Source: Malacoraja senta (lineage: Eukaryota). Taken from it: a stretch of 64,000 bases of DNA. The stretch lies in contig CM075987.1 of NCBI GenBank assembly GCA_038087875.1, forward strand, positions 18,106,001-18,170,000, read 5' to 3'. Positions within the stretch are counted from its first letter, which is position 1. Each line of letters starts with the position of its first letter. The notes beneath the pieces are model-generated. The model did no database searches and had not been told where the DNA came from. It saw nothing but the letters and a program-made list of their open reading frames with translations. The translations under genes were made by a program, and so were the position numbers. Below, one piece after another: positions 24,915 to 37,200 of this stretch.

Positions 24915-25415
24915 AGGGTGATTCACTCCCCCCGACCCACACACCGGGGTGATTCACTTCCCCCGACCCACACACCGGGGTGATTCAACACCCCCCGACC
25001 CACACGCCGGGGTGATTCACTCCCATTCACCCCCACTGGACCCACACACCGGGGTGATTCATCCCCCACCCCCCGACCCACACACCGGGGTGATTCACAC
25101 CCCCCGACCCACACACCGGGGTGATTCACTCCCATTCACCCCCACTGGACCCACACACCGGGGTGATTCACCCCCCACCCCCGACCCACACACCGGGGTG
25201 ATTCACCCCCGCGACCCACACACCGGGGTGATTCACCCCCCCCCCCCCGACCCACACACCGGGATGATTCACCCCCCCCCCGACCCACACACCGGGGTGA
25301 TTCACCCCCCACCCCCCCCGACCCACACACCGGGGTGAGTCACCCCCCCCCCGACCTACACACCGGGGTGATTCACCCCCCCCCCCCCCGACCCACACAC
25401 CGGGGTGATTCACCC
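24915..25415. repeat. ~30-45-bp minisatellite with palindromic core
   Basis: Unit gacccacacaccggggtgattcacccc(c)n, ~14 copies; GGGGTGA-T-TCACCCC is an inverted repeat. Confidence 0.93.
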
Positions 25416-25740
25416 GGGTTTCCGTGTTGACTGTGCCTGAACCCCTCTGTCGGTGGATCACCAGCTTCCTGACAGACAGGAAGCAGCATGTGAGGCTGGG
25501 AAAGCACATCTCGGATCCACAAACCCTCAGCATAGGAGCACCGCAAGGCTGCGTACTCTCTCCTCTCCTCTACTCTCTCTACACCAATGACTGCACCTCC
25601 ACTAACTCCTGTCAAGCTTCTCAAGTTTGCGGATGACACAACCCTGATTGGACTGATCCAGGATGGGGAGGAATCTGCCTACAGACAGGAAGTGTCACAA
25701 CTGGCATCATGGTGCCATTGCAACAACCTAGAGCTCAATG
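25416..25740 (+). mobile_element. Rex1/Babar-type LINE RT fragment, cut by the gap
   Basis: 'WITSFLTDRKQHV', '[20 protein letters not shown]', 'KFADDTTLIGLI'. Confidence 0.88.
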
Positions 25741-25940
25741 NNNNNNNNNNNNNNNNNNNNNNNNNNNNNNNNNNNNNNNNNNNNNNNNNNNNNNNNNNNN
25801 NNNNNNNNNNNNNNNNNNNNNNNNNNNNNNNNNNNNNNNNNNNNNNNNNNNNNNNNNNNNNNNNNNNNNNNNNNNNNNNNNNNNNNNNNNNNNNNNNNNN
25901 NNNNNNNNNNNNNNNNNNNNNNNNNNNNNNNNNNNNNNNN
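25741..25940. other. Assembly gap (200 N)
   Basis: Run of n. Confidence 1.
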
Positions 25941-26228
25941 CTTCTCGCCCGTGTGCACCCTCCAGTGCATCTTCAGCTCATTCGCCGTCTTGAAGTTCTT
26001 GCCACAGTCAGAGCAGGTGAAGGGCCTCTCGCCAGAGTGCACGTGGTTGTGCTGCAGCAGGTTGCTGTAGTGGGTGAAGCTCTTGCCGCACTCCGGGCAG
26101 TTGAAGGGGCGTTCTCCCGTGTGAACCCGCCGGTGGATCTCCAGCTGGCTCGGGCCCAGCCAGGCTTTGCCACATACATCGCACTCATAACGCTTCTTAT
26201 TGTTGTGGCCCGTCATGTGGTCCTCCAT
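25941..26228 (-). CDS. C2H2 zinc-finger protein (three fingers visible; 3' part lost in the gap)
   Basis: CDVC..HRRVH-TGERP-CPEC..HNHVH-SGERP-CSDC..HWRVH-TGEK; candidate acceptor ctcctgcAG with exon start 26317. Confidence 0.9.
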
Positions 26229-26417
26229 CGAAGCTCAGCCCGCTCACCGGCACCCTGGCCGCGCTCAATGGCCGCTCACGTCCCCGTCTCTCCATCCACA
26301 GCAACGGCTCCTAAACCCTGCAGGAGGGGAGCACAGAGGGTCAACAAGCTGGCAAACAGGACATTACTAGCATATATTTGGTGCTTTTATGGCGGAGGAA
26401 ACGGTTATATAATTCTA

Positions 26418-26712
26418 CGTGGCACAGTGGCGCAGCGGTGCAGTTGCTGCCTCATCGCCAAAGACCCAAGGTCAATCCTGACTATGGGTGCTCTCTGTGC
26501 GGAGTTTGTACGTTCTCCCCTTGACCTGCGTGGGTTTTTACTCCGGGTGCTCCGGTTTCCTCCAACATTTTAAAGACGTTCAGGGTTGTAGATTAATCAG
26601 CCTCCGCAAAATTGGTAAATTATCCCTAATGTGCGTAGGATAGTGCTAGTGTACGGGGTGATCGCTGGTCGGCGCGGACCCCGCGGGCCGAAAGACCAGC
26701 ATCTCTACACTA
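26418..26712 (+). mobile_element. tRNA-derived SINE (V-SINE/HE1-like)
   Basis: A box TGGCGCAGCGG, degenerate B box, central 'gtgcggagtttgtacgttctccc...gtgctccggtttcctcc'. Confidence 0.85.
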
Positions 26713-26719
26713 AATTAAT

Positions 26720-26856
26720 GCAAAGAAGGGTCTCGACCCAAAACATCACTCATTCATTCTCTCCACAGATGCTGCCTGACCCGCTGAATTAGTCCAGCAC
26801 TTTGTGTCTATCTTCTCCACAGATGCTGCCTGACCCGCTGAATTACTCCAGCACTT
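26720..26856 (+). mobile_element. Degraded Penelope-type short repeat related to 13728-13824, with internal duplication
   Basis: 'gaagggtctcgacccaaaac', then 'tctccacagatgctgcctgacccgctgaatta' twice. Confidence 0.65.
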
Positions 26857-26994
26857 TCTCTCCCCCTCCCTCTCACTCCCCCCCCCTCTCTCTCTCTCTC
26901 TCTCTCTGTCTATCTCACTATCTCTCTCTCGCTCAGTCTCTCTCTCACTCTCTCTCTGTCTCTTTCCCTCATTCTGTCTCTTTCTCTCTGTCTC

Positions 26995-27046
<52 letters not shown>

Positions 27047-27081
27047 TGCCTCTCTCTTTCCCTTTCTCTCTCCTTGTGGCC

Positions 27082-27290
27082 TCCCTGCCACAGAAGGCAG
27101 TGGATGCCAAAACACTGGATGGATTTGAGAGTTGGATAGAGCTCTAGGGGTTAGTGGAATCAAAGGATATGGGGAGAAGGCAGGCACGGGTTATTGATTG
27201 AGGACGATCAGCCATGACCACAATGAATGGCGGTGCTGGCTCGAAGGGCTGAACGGCCTCCTCCAGCACCTATTTTCTATGTTTCTATCT
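27082..27290 (+). mobile_element. CR1 3' end fragment within (TC)n
   Basis: Same 3' UTR and tail as 13853-14150. Confidence 0.88.
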
Positions 27291-27380
27291 ATGTCTCTTG
27301 CTCGGTCTGTCCCCCTCCCTCTCTGTTTCTCTCTGTCTCTCTATCTGTCCCCCTCTGCCTCTCTGGTTCTGTCTGTCTCT

Positions 27381-27815
27381 CAATTCAATTCAATTTCAAT
27401 TAAAAAACTTTATTGGCATGATAAAATACATCGTTATATTGCCAAAGTATAAAACATGACATACATATTTAAAATGCATAAGTATAAATACAAGTATACA
27501 GTGCATGGATAGATATGTCCCTGGACATAAACTCGCAATAGACCTATAGCCCTTTATTGATTGCTACACGTTCTTCCAGCTGTAAGTAGTACAACAGAGT
27601 AGCAAGTTTAGCAATTTGATATTAATTTCTTAGTGTCAGTTAATGTCAATTAGTGTGTGCGTGCATATTGGTCATTCACCGTCTCTCAGGTTATGGCATG
27701 CTGTTACGTATTGTGCACCAAGATGTGCCGTATTTCCTTCACCAAGGATTATTCTTAGTTTTGATGTATCATCTAGTTCTTTAAAATCAGGTGTTGCCAG
27801 ACTGCCAAAGTATGT
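27381..27815 (-). mobile_element. 3' end of a non-LTR retrotransposon (clade uncertain; RTEX/Crack-like), short copy
   Basis: Highly similar to 32537-32960; AATAAA and (AATTG)n tail abutting (GA)n. Confidence 0.7.
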
Positions 27816-28170
27816 TTTCCTTTCTCTCTCTCTCTATATATATATATACATCTCTCTCTATCTATCTATCTCTATCTCACTTCCTCTCACTGTCTCTGTC
27901 TCTCTCACTATCTCTCTGTGTGTCACTCTCTCTCTCTGACTCTCTTGCTGACTCTGCTCTGCTCTGTCTCTCACTGTCTCTCTCGCTGACTGCTCTCCCT
28001 CTGCTGTCTCTCTCGCCGTCTCTCCTCTCTCTGTGTCTCTCTCTCTCCTTCTCCCTGTCTCAGTCTCCCTATCTCTCTCATTTTCTCTCTCTCTCTGTCT
28101 CACTCTGTCTCTCACTCTTTCTCTGTCTCTCTCTCTCTCTCCGTCTGTCTCCCTCAATCCCTTTCGTCTT

Positions 28171-30225
28171 CTGATGATGATGAAGATGATGAAATTCTTT
28201 ATTGTCATTATAACATGTAAACATGTACAACAAAATTAAAAATGCCAACCAGTCAGTGCACCAGTCACACATTATCTAAAAGCTAACGATACGTAAAAGA
28301 GAAATATCTAAAATAAACAACTAGAATAAATAACTTGAAAAAAACCCAAGCATAAACACACAACCATACATTCTTCTGTCGATTTCACAATCCCTTTGGT
28401 GTGTAGCGCACCTGCGCTCATTTGGTGGCTACATTAAGTGTAGTTATTGCTGTGGGATAAAAACTGTTTTTGAGTCTGTTTGTCCTTGTCCTCATTGATC
28501 TGTACCGTCTGCCTGACGGCAACAGTTCAAACAGGGAGTGTCCGGGGTGGTAAATGTCCTTTATAATGTTCTGGGATTTCTTGAGACAGTGGGAACTGTG
28601 TAGGTCCTCCAAGGTGAGGAGAGGGCAGCCGACAATCTTCTGGGCGTTGTCAATAGCCCTCTGGAGCGCTTTCCTCTTAGCCGCTGTGCAGCTGGTGTAC
28701 CACACGCATACACAGTATGTTAAGATGCTCTCTATGGAGCACCGATAAAAGGATAGCAGCAGTCTCTGGATGATGTTGTTCTTCCTGAGCACCCTCAGGA
28801 AGTACAGTCTCTGCTGGACCTTTTTCAGCAGCGGAGAGGTGTTCACGCTCCATGTCAGGTCCTCCTCAATGTGGATTCCCAGGAAGCGGAAATCCGCCAC
28901 CCCCTCCACACAGTCCCCTCTGATGATTAGTGGTGTAATGTCCGTTTTCTTCTTCCTGTTGTCTATTATGAGCTCCTTGGTCTTTGAGGTGTTGAGGAGC
29001 AGGTTATTCTCTCCACACCACACTGTCAGCTGCTCCACCTCATCCCTGTAGGCGTACTCATCCCCCCCAGAGATGAGCCCCACCACCGTGGTGTCATCCA
29101 CGAATTTGACAATGGTGTTACTGTGGTGGGCGGGGGTGCAGTCATATGCGTAGATGGTGTAAAGCAGGGGGCTCAGCACGCAGCCCTGTGGAGAGCCGGT
29201 ACTGAGGCTGAGGGCCGTGGATGTGTGATGGCCCACTCTGACTCTCTGGCTGCGACCCGACAGGAAGCTATTTATCCACATGCAGGTGGAGTGTGGAAGT
29301 CCCAGGTCCCCCAGTTTGTCCACCAGTTTGTGGGGAAGGATGGTGTTAAAAGCAGAGCTGTAGTCCACAAAGAGCATCCGCACGTAGCTCCCCCGCTGTT
29401 CCAGGTGGGACAGTGCAGCATGGAGAGCTGTGGCTACAGCATCCTCTGTGGATCTGTTCGCTCTATACGCAAACTGGTGGGGGTCAAAGCTTCGGGGCAG
29501 GATTGATGTAATGTGTCCCCGGACCAGTTTTTCAAAGCACTTCATCACCACTGGTGTGAGTGCGACTGGCCGGTAGTCGTTGAGGCTGGAAATGTGGGGT
29601 TTTTTTATGGCAAGGGGACTATGGTGGAGGACTTCAGACAGGGTGGGACAGTGAAGTGGGCCAGGGACTGGTTGAAAATCCTCGTAAAGACTCCAGCCAG
29701 CTGGTCTGCGCAGTCCTTCAGCACGCGTCCAGAGATGCCGTCGGGTCCAGCAGCCTTCCTCGGATTGATGGCCCGCAGCGTGCGCCTCACCTCATGCTCC
29801 TCTATTTTGAGGGATAAGCTGCTGTGGACCATGTGATGTGATATGGCTGTCTCTGGTGGCTCCACTTCAAAGCGAGCAAAGAAGAGGTTCAGCTCCTCTG
29901 CCAACGAGGCGTCACCTTCAGCAGCTCCAAGGTTCGTCTTGTAGTTGGTGAGATACTGGATCCCCTGCCACACCTGCCTGCTGTTGTTACTGTCCAGGTG
30001 GTCCTCTATCCTCCTCCTGTAGTCTGATTTGGCCTCTCTGATGCCTCTCTTCAGGTTAGCTCGGGCCGTGCTGTATAAAGCCCTATCGCCAGACCTAAAA
30101 GCGGTGTTCCTCTCTTTTAACAGCCGCTGGACCTCCCGGATCATCCAGGGCTTCTGGTTGGGGTAGACCCGGATGCGTTTGTCCACTGTGACAGTGTCCA
30201 TGCAGTTTTTAATGTAACATAGTAC
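28171..30225 (-). mobile_element. Rex1/Babar LINE, 5'-truncated, one frameshift near 29600
   Basis: ORFs 29605-30267 and 28418-29551: 'YPNQKPW', 'KAAGPDGI', '[11 protein letters not shown]', '[12 protein letters not shown]', 'LPSGRRYRS'; (CAT)n-like tail. Confidence 0.93.
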
Positions 30226-30483
30226 ACTCTCTCTCGCTCTCTGTCTCTCTCTCTCTCTGTCTCTCACTCTCTCTGTGTCACTCGCTCTGTCTCTTTCTCA
30301 CATGTCCCTCTCTGTATTTCTATCTGTCTCTCTCTGTATCTATCTGTCTCTCTCTCTATGTCTCTCTCTGTCTCTCTCACTCTCTCTCTCTGTCACTCGC
30401 TCTCTGTCTCTCTCTCACTCTGTATCTCTGTCTCCCTCTCTATCTCTCACTGTCTCCGTCTCTCTCTCCGCCTCTCTCGCTCC

Positions 30484-30523
<40 letters not shown>

Positions 30524-32221
30524 CTCTCTCTCTCTCTGTCTCTCCCCGTCCCCCTCTGCTTCTCTCTATCTCTGTCTCTCTCGCTCCGTCTCTCTCTGTG
30601 TCTCTCACTCTTTCTCTTTCAATCTCTTTGTCTCCCTGTTTCTCTCTCTGTCCCTCACTCTGTCTCCCTCTCTCTCTCGCTGTCTGTGTCCGTCTCTCAC
30701 TCTCTCTCCCCCACTTGATCTCTCTGCCTCTGTCTCCCGCTCTGTCTCCCGCTCTCTCTCTCTCTGTCTGTCACTCTCTCTCTGTCTCTCTATCTCTCTC
30801 GCTCCGTGTCTCTCGCTCCGTCTCTCTCTCTCTATCTCTCTCTCGCTCCGTCTCTCTCTCTCTATCTCTCTCTCGCTCCGTCACTCTCGCTCCGTCACTC
30901 TCGCTCCGTCTCTCTCTCTCTCTATCTCTCTCTCTCTCTCTCTGTCACTCTCGCTCCGTCTCTCTCTCTCTCTATCTCTCTCTCTCTCTCTCTGTCACTC
31001 TCGCTCCGTCTCTCTCTCTCTATCTCTCTCTCGCTCCGTCTCTCTCTCTCTATCTCTCTCTCGCTCCGTCACGCTCGCTCCGTCACTCTCTCTCCGTCTC
31101 TCTCTCTCTATCTCTCTCGCTCCGTCTCTCTCTCTCTATCTCTCTCGCTCCGTCTCTCTCTCTCTATCTCTCTCTCGCTCCGTCACGCTCGCTCCGTCAC
31201 TCTCTCTCCGTCTCTCTCTCTCTATCTCTCTCGCTCCGTCTCTCTCTCTCTATCTCTCTCGCTCCGTCTCTCTCTCTCTATCTCTCTCTCGCTCCGTCTC
31301 TCTCGCTCCCTCTGTCTCTGTCTCTGTCATCCTCTGCGTCTCTGTCTCTCTAGCTCCCTCTCTCGCTGTCTCTGTGTCTCTTCCCTATCTCTCTCTGTCT
31401 CTCTCTCACTGTCTGTCTCTCTGTTTCTCTCTATCTCTCTCTCTAACTCATTCTCCCTCTCTCTCACTGTCTGTGTTCCTCTCACTCTCTCTCTCTCTCT
31501 GTCATCTGACTGTCTCTCTCTCTCCTTCTCTCTGTCTCTATCTCTGTCTCCCTCTCTCTGTCTCTCTCTTCCTCTTTGTCTCTCTTTCTCCGTCTCTCTC
31601 CATCTCTCTCTCTCCGTCTTTCTCTATCTCTGTCTCTCTCCGTCTCTCTCTCCCTCTCACTGTCTGTTTCTCGCTATCTCTCTGTGTCTGTCTCTCTGAC
31701 TCTGTCTCTCACTCTCTCTCTGTCTCTCTCTCCCTCTGTCACTCGCTCTCGCTCTGTCTCCCCTCTCTGTCTCTCTCGGTCTCTCTCCCTCTCTGTCTCT
31801 CTCTCTCGCTCTCTGTCTCTCTCTCTCTGTCACTCGCTCTCCGTCTCTCTGTCTCTCACTGTCTGTCTCTCTCTGTCTGTCTCGCTCTCGCTCCGTCTCT
31901 CTCTCGCTGTCTCTGTCTCTCCCTCTGCCCCCCTCTGCCTCTCTCTCTGTCTCTCTCTCTCTGTCTCGCTCCATCTCTCTTGCTCCGTCTATCTGTGTCT
32001 CTCTCTCACTGTCTCTGTCTCCCTGTTTCTCTCTCACTCTGTCCCTCTCTCTGTCTCCCTCTCTCTCGCTATCTGTGTCTGTCTCTCTGTCTCTCTAGCT
32101 CTCTCTCTCCCTCTGGCTCCCCATCGCTCTCTCTGTCTCTGTCACTCTCTATCTCTCTCGCTCCATCTCTCTCGCTCCGTCTCTCTCGCTCCGTCTCTGT
32201 CTCTGTCATCCTCTGCCTCTC

Positions 32222-32270
<49 letters not shown>

Positions 32271-32536
32271 GTCTTCCCTCTCTATCTATCTCTGTCTCTC
32301 TCTCACTGTCTCTCTGGTTCTCTCTATATCTCTCTGTCTCTCACTCTCTGTCTCTCTCTGTGTCTCTCTCTCTCCCTCTCTGTCTCTCACTCTGTCTCTC
32401 TCTGACTGTCTCTCTCTCTGTCTCCCTCCTTCTCTCTGTCTCTCACTATCTCTCTCTGTCTCTCATTCTCTCGTTTTTTCTCTCGGTATCTCTATCTCTG
32501 GCTCTCTCTCTCTACTCTCTCACTCTGTCTCTCTCT
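30226..32536. repeat. 2.3-kb (TC)n-rich compound microsatellite
   Basis: Nearly pure pyrimidine; recurring tctctcgctccgtc units at 30790-31310; further TC tracts at 26860-27075 and 27816-28165. Confidence 0.97.
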
Positions 32537-33560
32537 CAATTCAATTTTAAAACTTTATTGGCATGATAAACTACAACGTTATATTGCCAAAGTATAAAAC
32601 ATGACCTACATATTTAAAATGCATAAGTATAAATACAAGTATACAGTGCATGGATAGATATGTCCCTGGACATAAACTCGCAATAGGCCTATAGCCCTTT
32701 ATTGATTGCTACACATTCTTACAGCTGTAAGCAGTACAACGGAATAGCAAGTTTAGCAATTCAACATGAATTTCTTAGTGTCAGTCAATATTAATTAGTG
32801 TGTGTGTGCATATGTGCATATTGGTCATTCACCGTCTCTCAGGTTATGGCATGACATTACGTATTGTGCACCAAGGTGTGCCGTATTTCCTTCACCAAGT
32901 TTTGATGTATCATCCAGTTCTTCAAAATCAGGGGTTGCCAGACTGAGTTTGTCAAAGTAAGTTTTCCTTGTTTTGTCAATTTTTTGTATTTTAGGAGGAA
33001 GTGCACCTCTGTTTTAACCTCATCTGTCAAACAGTGGCCGCATATTCTGTTTTCTCTTGGTTGCCAGAATCTGTCTTCCTTTTTCAACTGCCAAATAGTG
33101 GTCACTTAACCTGTATTTGGTGAGGGTCTGTCTCTGCTTTATGTCTCTAACAGTCGAGAGATATTCTGCCAATTTATAATCTCTTTTTAGGGCACGGTAG
33201 CATTCTAATCTGCTTTGGCTTTTGGTTTCTTTATCCCAATGTTCCAAATACATTTCTTAACATTGTTTGATAATTTGGTTCACTCTAACTTGTGATTGGG
33301 GATCAGTATTGATCTGAGGCTGGTCAGGGTTTAACTGAATTGGGGTAGTTAGTCTCAGTAACAGCTGTCACAGGGAACTCTTTTCTGGACTCCCCTCTTG
33401 TGTTTTAAGGGCTTTAAACTGGAGGGTATCTGGGGGGCTAGATTTAAGGTGATCCCAAAAATTTAGTGTTCTTTTCTGGATATTTATTATCAGTGGGTAT
33501 CAGCCTAATTCCGCCCTACATGCGTTTGTTGGTGTTTTCCTTTGGATACGGAGGATGTCT
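32537..33560 (-). mobile_element. Non-LTR retrotransposon 3' fragment (clade uncertain; RTEX/Crack-like)
   Basis: 'ECYRALKRDYKLAEYL...LTKYRLSDHYLAVEKGR', 'RICGHCLTDEVKTEVHFLL'; (AATTG) tail. Confidence 0.75.
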
Positions 33561-33588
33561 CTCTCTCCCTCTCTGTCTCCCTCTGACT

Positions 33589-34265
33589 CATGTCACAGCG
33601 GCCTCTGCAGTCCGTCTGTCTTTTTTTATTTTTTGTCTCGTTTGAGTGTAGTTATAATGTTTTTTTAACTGGGTATGTGCGTGGGGGGCGGGGGGTGGGG
33701 AAACTTTTATAATCTTTTCCCTGTATGGTGGACCCGACCTTTTCCCTGTCGGGTCTCCGTTGTCGTTGGGGCCTAGCACCGTGGAGAGGCCTCCAACCGG
33801 AACGACCTGGGGCTCCAGTCACGGAGCCTGCGGACTACTCATCATCGTGGAGCTGGCCGAGATCGGAGCGTGGAGAGCTGCGGTAGCGCGCGGCTGCAAC
33901 CCGACCCCGGAGATTCGGAGGCTCCAGCCGCAGGTCTGGTGGATGGTGACATCGGGAGCTCGCGGGTCCCAGGTGGGAGACCGCTTTTCGGAACTCCCGC
34001 AACGGCAACTTCTCCCGCCCGAGTTGCGGGGTTGAAAATGACCTGGAGCGGGGTCTTACATCGCCCGGTCCGGCTTTAATTGGCCGCGGGACTTGCTAGC
34101 GCCCGCCGGGGGCTCCAACATCAAGACCCGGAGCGCGGCCTTGCATCGCCCGGCGCGGCTTTAATGGCCGCGGGACTTATTTACCATCGCCCGCCGGGGG
34201 TTTTGACTTTGACATCGGGAGGAGAATGGGGAGTGCAGGGGAGAGATAAGACTTTGCCTTCCATC
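33589..34265. repeat. Unclassified GC-rich interspersed-repeat-like segment
   Basis: Sharp compositional boundaries; internal duplication 'ggctttaat..ggccgcgggactt' at ~34072 and ~34157; no recognisable ORF. Confidence 0.4.
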
Positions 34266-37200
34266 ACCCGGATGGTAGTTTGCCTCCCTGGTGCCAGGGT
34301 CTGTGATGTGTCTCAACGTGTCCAAGATATCCTGAAAGGGCAGGGAGAGGAGCCCGAGGTCGTGGTACATATAGGTACCAATGACATAGGTAAAAAAGGA
34401 GAAGAGGTCCTGAAAGGAGAATTTAGGGAGTTAGGAGGGGAGTTAAAGAGAAGGACAGCAAAGGTAACAATCTCGGGATTACTGCCTGTGCCACGCGACA
34501 GTGAGAGTAGGAATGGAGCGAGGTGGAGGATAAATGCGTGGCTGAAGGACTGGTGCAGAGGGCAGGGATTCAAATTTCTGGATCATTGGGACCTCTTTTG
34601 TGGAAGGTGCGACCTGTACAAAAAGGATGGGTTGCACTTGAACCTGAGGGGGACCGATATCCTGGTGGGGAGATCTGCAAAGGCTACTGGGGAGACTTTA
34701 AACTAGAATGGTTGGGGGGAGGGACTCAAATAGAGAAAGCTATTAGACAGTGTGTGAGGCAGGAGGCAGAGAAGGAAAGCACTCAGACCCAACATGTAGG
34801 GGGGAAAGAAGAAAACAATAATAAACAGAGAATAAGAGGTGGTGGGGTTCTTAAATGGGTGAGCAGAGAAACAGAGGGGTGTAAAATGCGGACGGAAGCA
34901 ATAGGTAGCAAGGTGAAAAGTAAAAGTGGCAGGCAGACAAATCCAGGGCAAAAATCAAAAAGGGCCACTTTTCAACATAATTGTATAAGGGGTTAGAGCC
35001 TGAAGGCTTTGTGTCTCAATGCAAGGAGCATTCGTAATAAGGTGGATGAGTTGACCGTGCAGATAGCTATTAATGATTATGATATAGTTGGGATCACGGA
35101 GACATGGCTCCAGGGTGACCAAGGCTGGGAGCTGAACATCCAGGGATATTCAATATTCAGGAGGGATAGAGAGAAAGGAAAAGGAGGTGGGGTAGCGTTG
35201 CTGGTTAGAGAGGAGATTAACGCAGTGGAAAGGAAGAACATTAGCTTGGAGGATGTGGAATCGGTATGGGTAGAGCTGCAAAACACTAAGGGGAAGAAAA
35301 CGCTGGTGGGTGTTGTGTACAGGCCACCTAGCAGTAGTAGTGAAGTTGGGGATGGCATCAAACAGGAAATTAGAAATGCGTGCAACAAAGGCAAAACAGT
35401 TATAATGGGTGACTTCAATCTACATATAGATTGGGTGAATCAAATTGGCAGGGGTGCTGAGGAAGAGGATTTCTTGGAATGTATGCGGGATAGTTATCTA
35501 AACCAACATGTAGAGGAACCAACCAGAGAGCAGGCTATTCTAGACTGGGTATTGAGTAATGAGGAAGGGTTAGTTAGCAGTCTTGTTGTGCGTGCCCCCT
35601 TGGGCAAGAGTGATCATAATATGGTTGAGTTCTTCATTAGGATGGAGTAAAGTAAAGTAAAGTAAGTTTATTTATATAGCGCCTTTCAATCAGATTACTG
35701 AAACCAAAGCGCTTTACAGACAATTAACCATATAAATAAAAAATAAAAAGGTAGAATAAAAAAGACACGACACACTATTTAGAGATTCAACATGAACATT
35801 GTTAATTCAGTGACAATGTTAATTCAGTGACATTGTTAATTCAGAAACAACGGTTCTGAACTTAAAGAAAGGTAACTTTGAGGGTATGACGTGAATTGGC
35901 CAAGATTGACTGGCAATTAGTTCTGAAAGGCTTGACGGTGGATATGCAATGGAAGGCATTTAAAGACTGCATGGATGAACTACAAAAATTGTTCATCCCA
36001 GTTTGGCAAAAGAATAAATCAGGGAAGGTAGTGCATCCGTGGCTAACAAGGGAAATCAGGGATAGTATCAAAGCAAAAGATGATGTGTACAAATTAGCCA
36101 GAAAAAGCATACCAGAGGACTGGGAGAAATTCAGAGACCAGCAGAGGAGGACAAAGGGCTTAATTAGGAAAGGGAAAATAGATTATGAAAGAAAACTGGC
36201 AGGGAACATAAAAACTGACTGCAAAAGTTTTTATAGATATGTGAAGAGAAAGAGATTAGTTAAAACAAATGTAGGTCCCTTGCAGTCAGAAACAGGTGAA
36301 TTGATCATGGGGAACAAGGATATGGCAGACCAATTGAATAACTACTTTGGTTCCATCTTCACTAAGGAAGACATAAATAATCTGCCGGAAATAGCAGGGG
36401 ACCGCGGGTCAAAGGAGATGGAGGAACTGAGTGAAATCCAGGTTAGTCGGGAAGTGGTGTTGGGTAAATTGAATGGATTAAAGGCCGATAAATCACCAGG
36501 GCCAGATAGGCTGCATCCCAGAGTACTTAAGGAAGTAGCTCCAGAAATAGTGGATGCATTAGTGATAATTTTTCAAAACTCTTTAGATTCTGGAGTAGTT
36601 CCTGAGCATTGGAGGGTAGCAAACGTAACCCCACTTTTTGAGAAGGGAGGGAGAGAGAAAACGTGGAATTACAGACCAGTTAGTCTAACATCGGTAGTGG
36701 GGAAACTGCTAGAGTCAGTTATTAAAGATGGGATAGCAGCACATTTGGAAAGTGGTGAAATCATTGGACAAAGTCAGCATGGATTTACGAAAGGTAAATC
36801 ATGTCTGACGAACCTTATAGAATTTTTCGAGGATGTAACTAGTAGAGTGGATAGGGGAGAACCAGTGGATGTGTTGTGTCTGGACTTTCAGAAGGCTTTC
36901 GACAAGGTCCCACATAAGAGATTAGTATACAAACTTAAAGCACACGGTATTGGGGGTTCAGTATTGATGTGGATAGAGAACTGGCTGGCAAACAGGAAGC
37001 AAAGAGTAGGAGTAAACGGGTCCTTTTCACAATGGCAGGCAGTGACTAGTGGGGTACCGCAAGGCTCATTGCTGGGACCCCAGCTATTTACAATTTATAT
37101 TAATGAACTGGATGAGGGAATGGAAGGCAACATCTCCAAGTTTGCGGATGACACTAAGCTGGGGGGGCAGTGTTAGCTGTGAGGAGGATGCTAGGAGACT

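Noticed and set aside
24432..25415. CRISPR-like regular ~33-bp repeats
   Set aside because: Tandem units without unique spacers, no cas genes, eukaryotic context
26418..26490. tRNA gene
   Set aside because: Degenerate B box and continuation into a SINE body; it is a SINE head
25587..26573. ORFs spanning the N run
   Set aside because: Artefacts of translating through the assembly gap; one is antisense to the zinc-finger exon
30275..32566. 300-aa Ser/Leu-rich ORFs
   Set aside because: Translations of (TC)n low-complexity DNA
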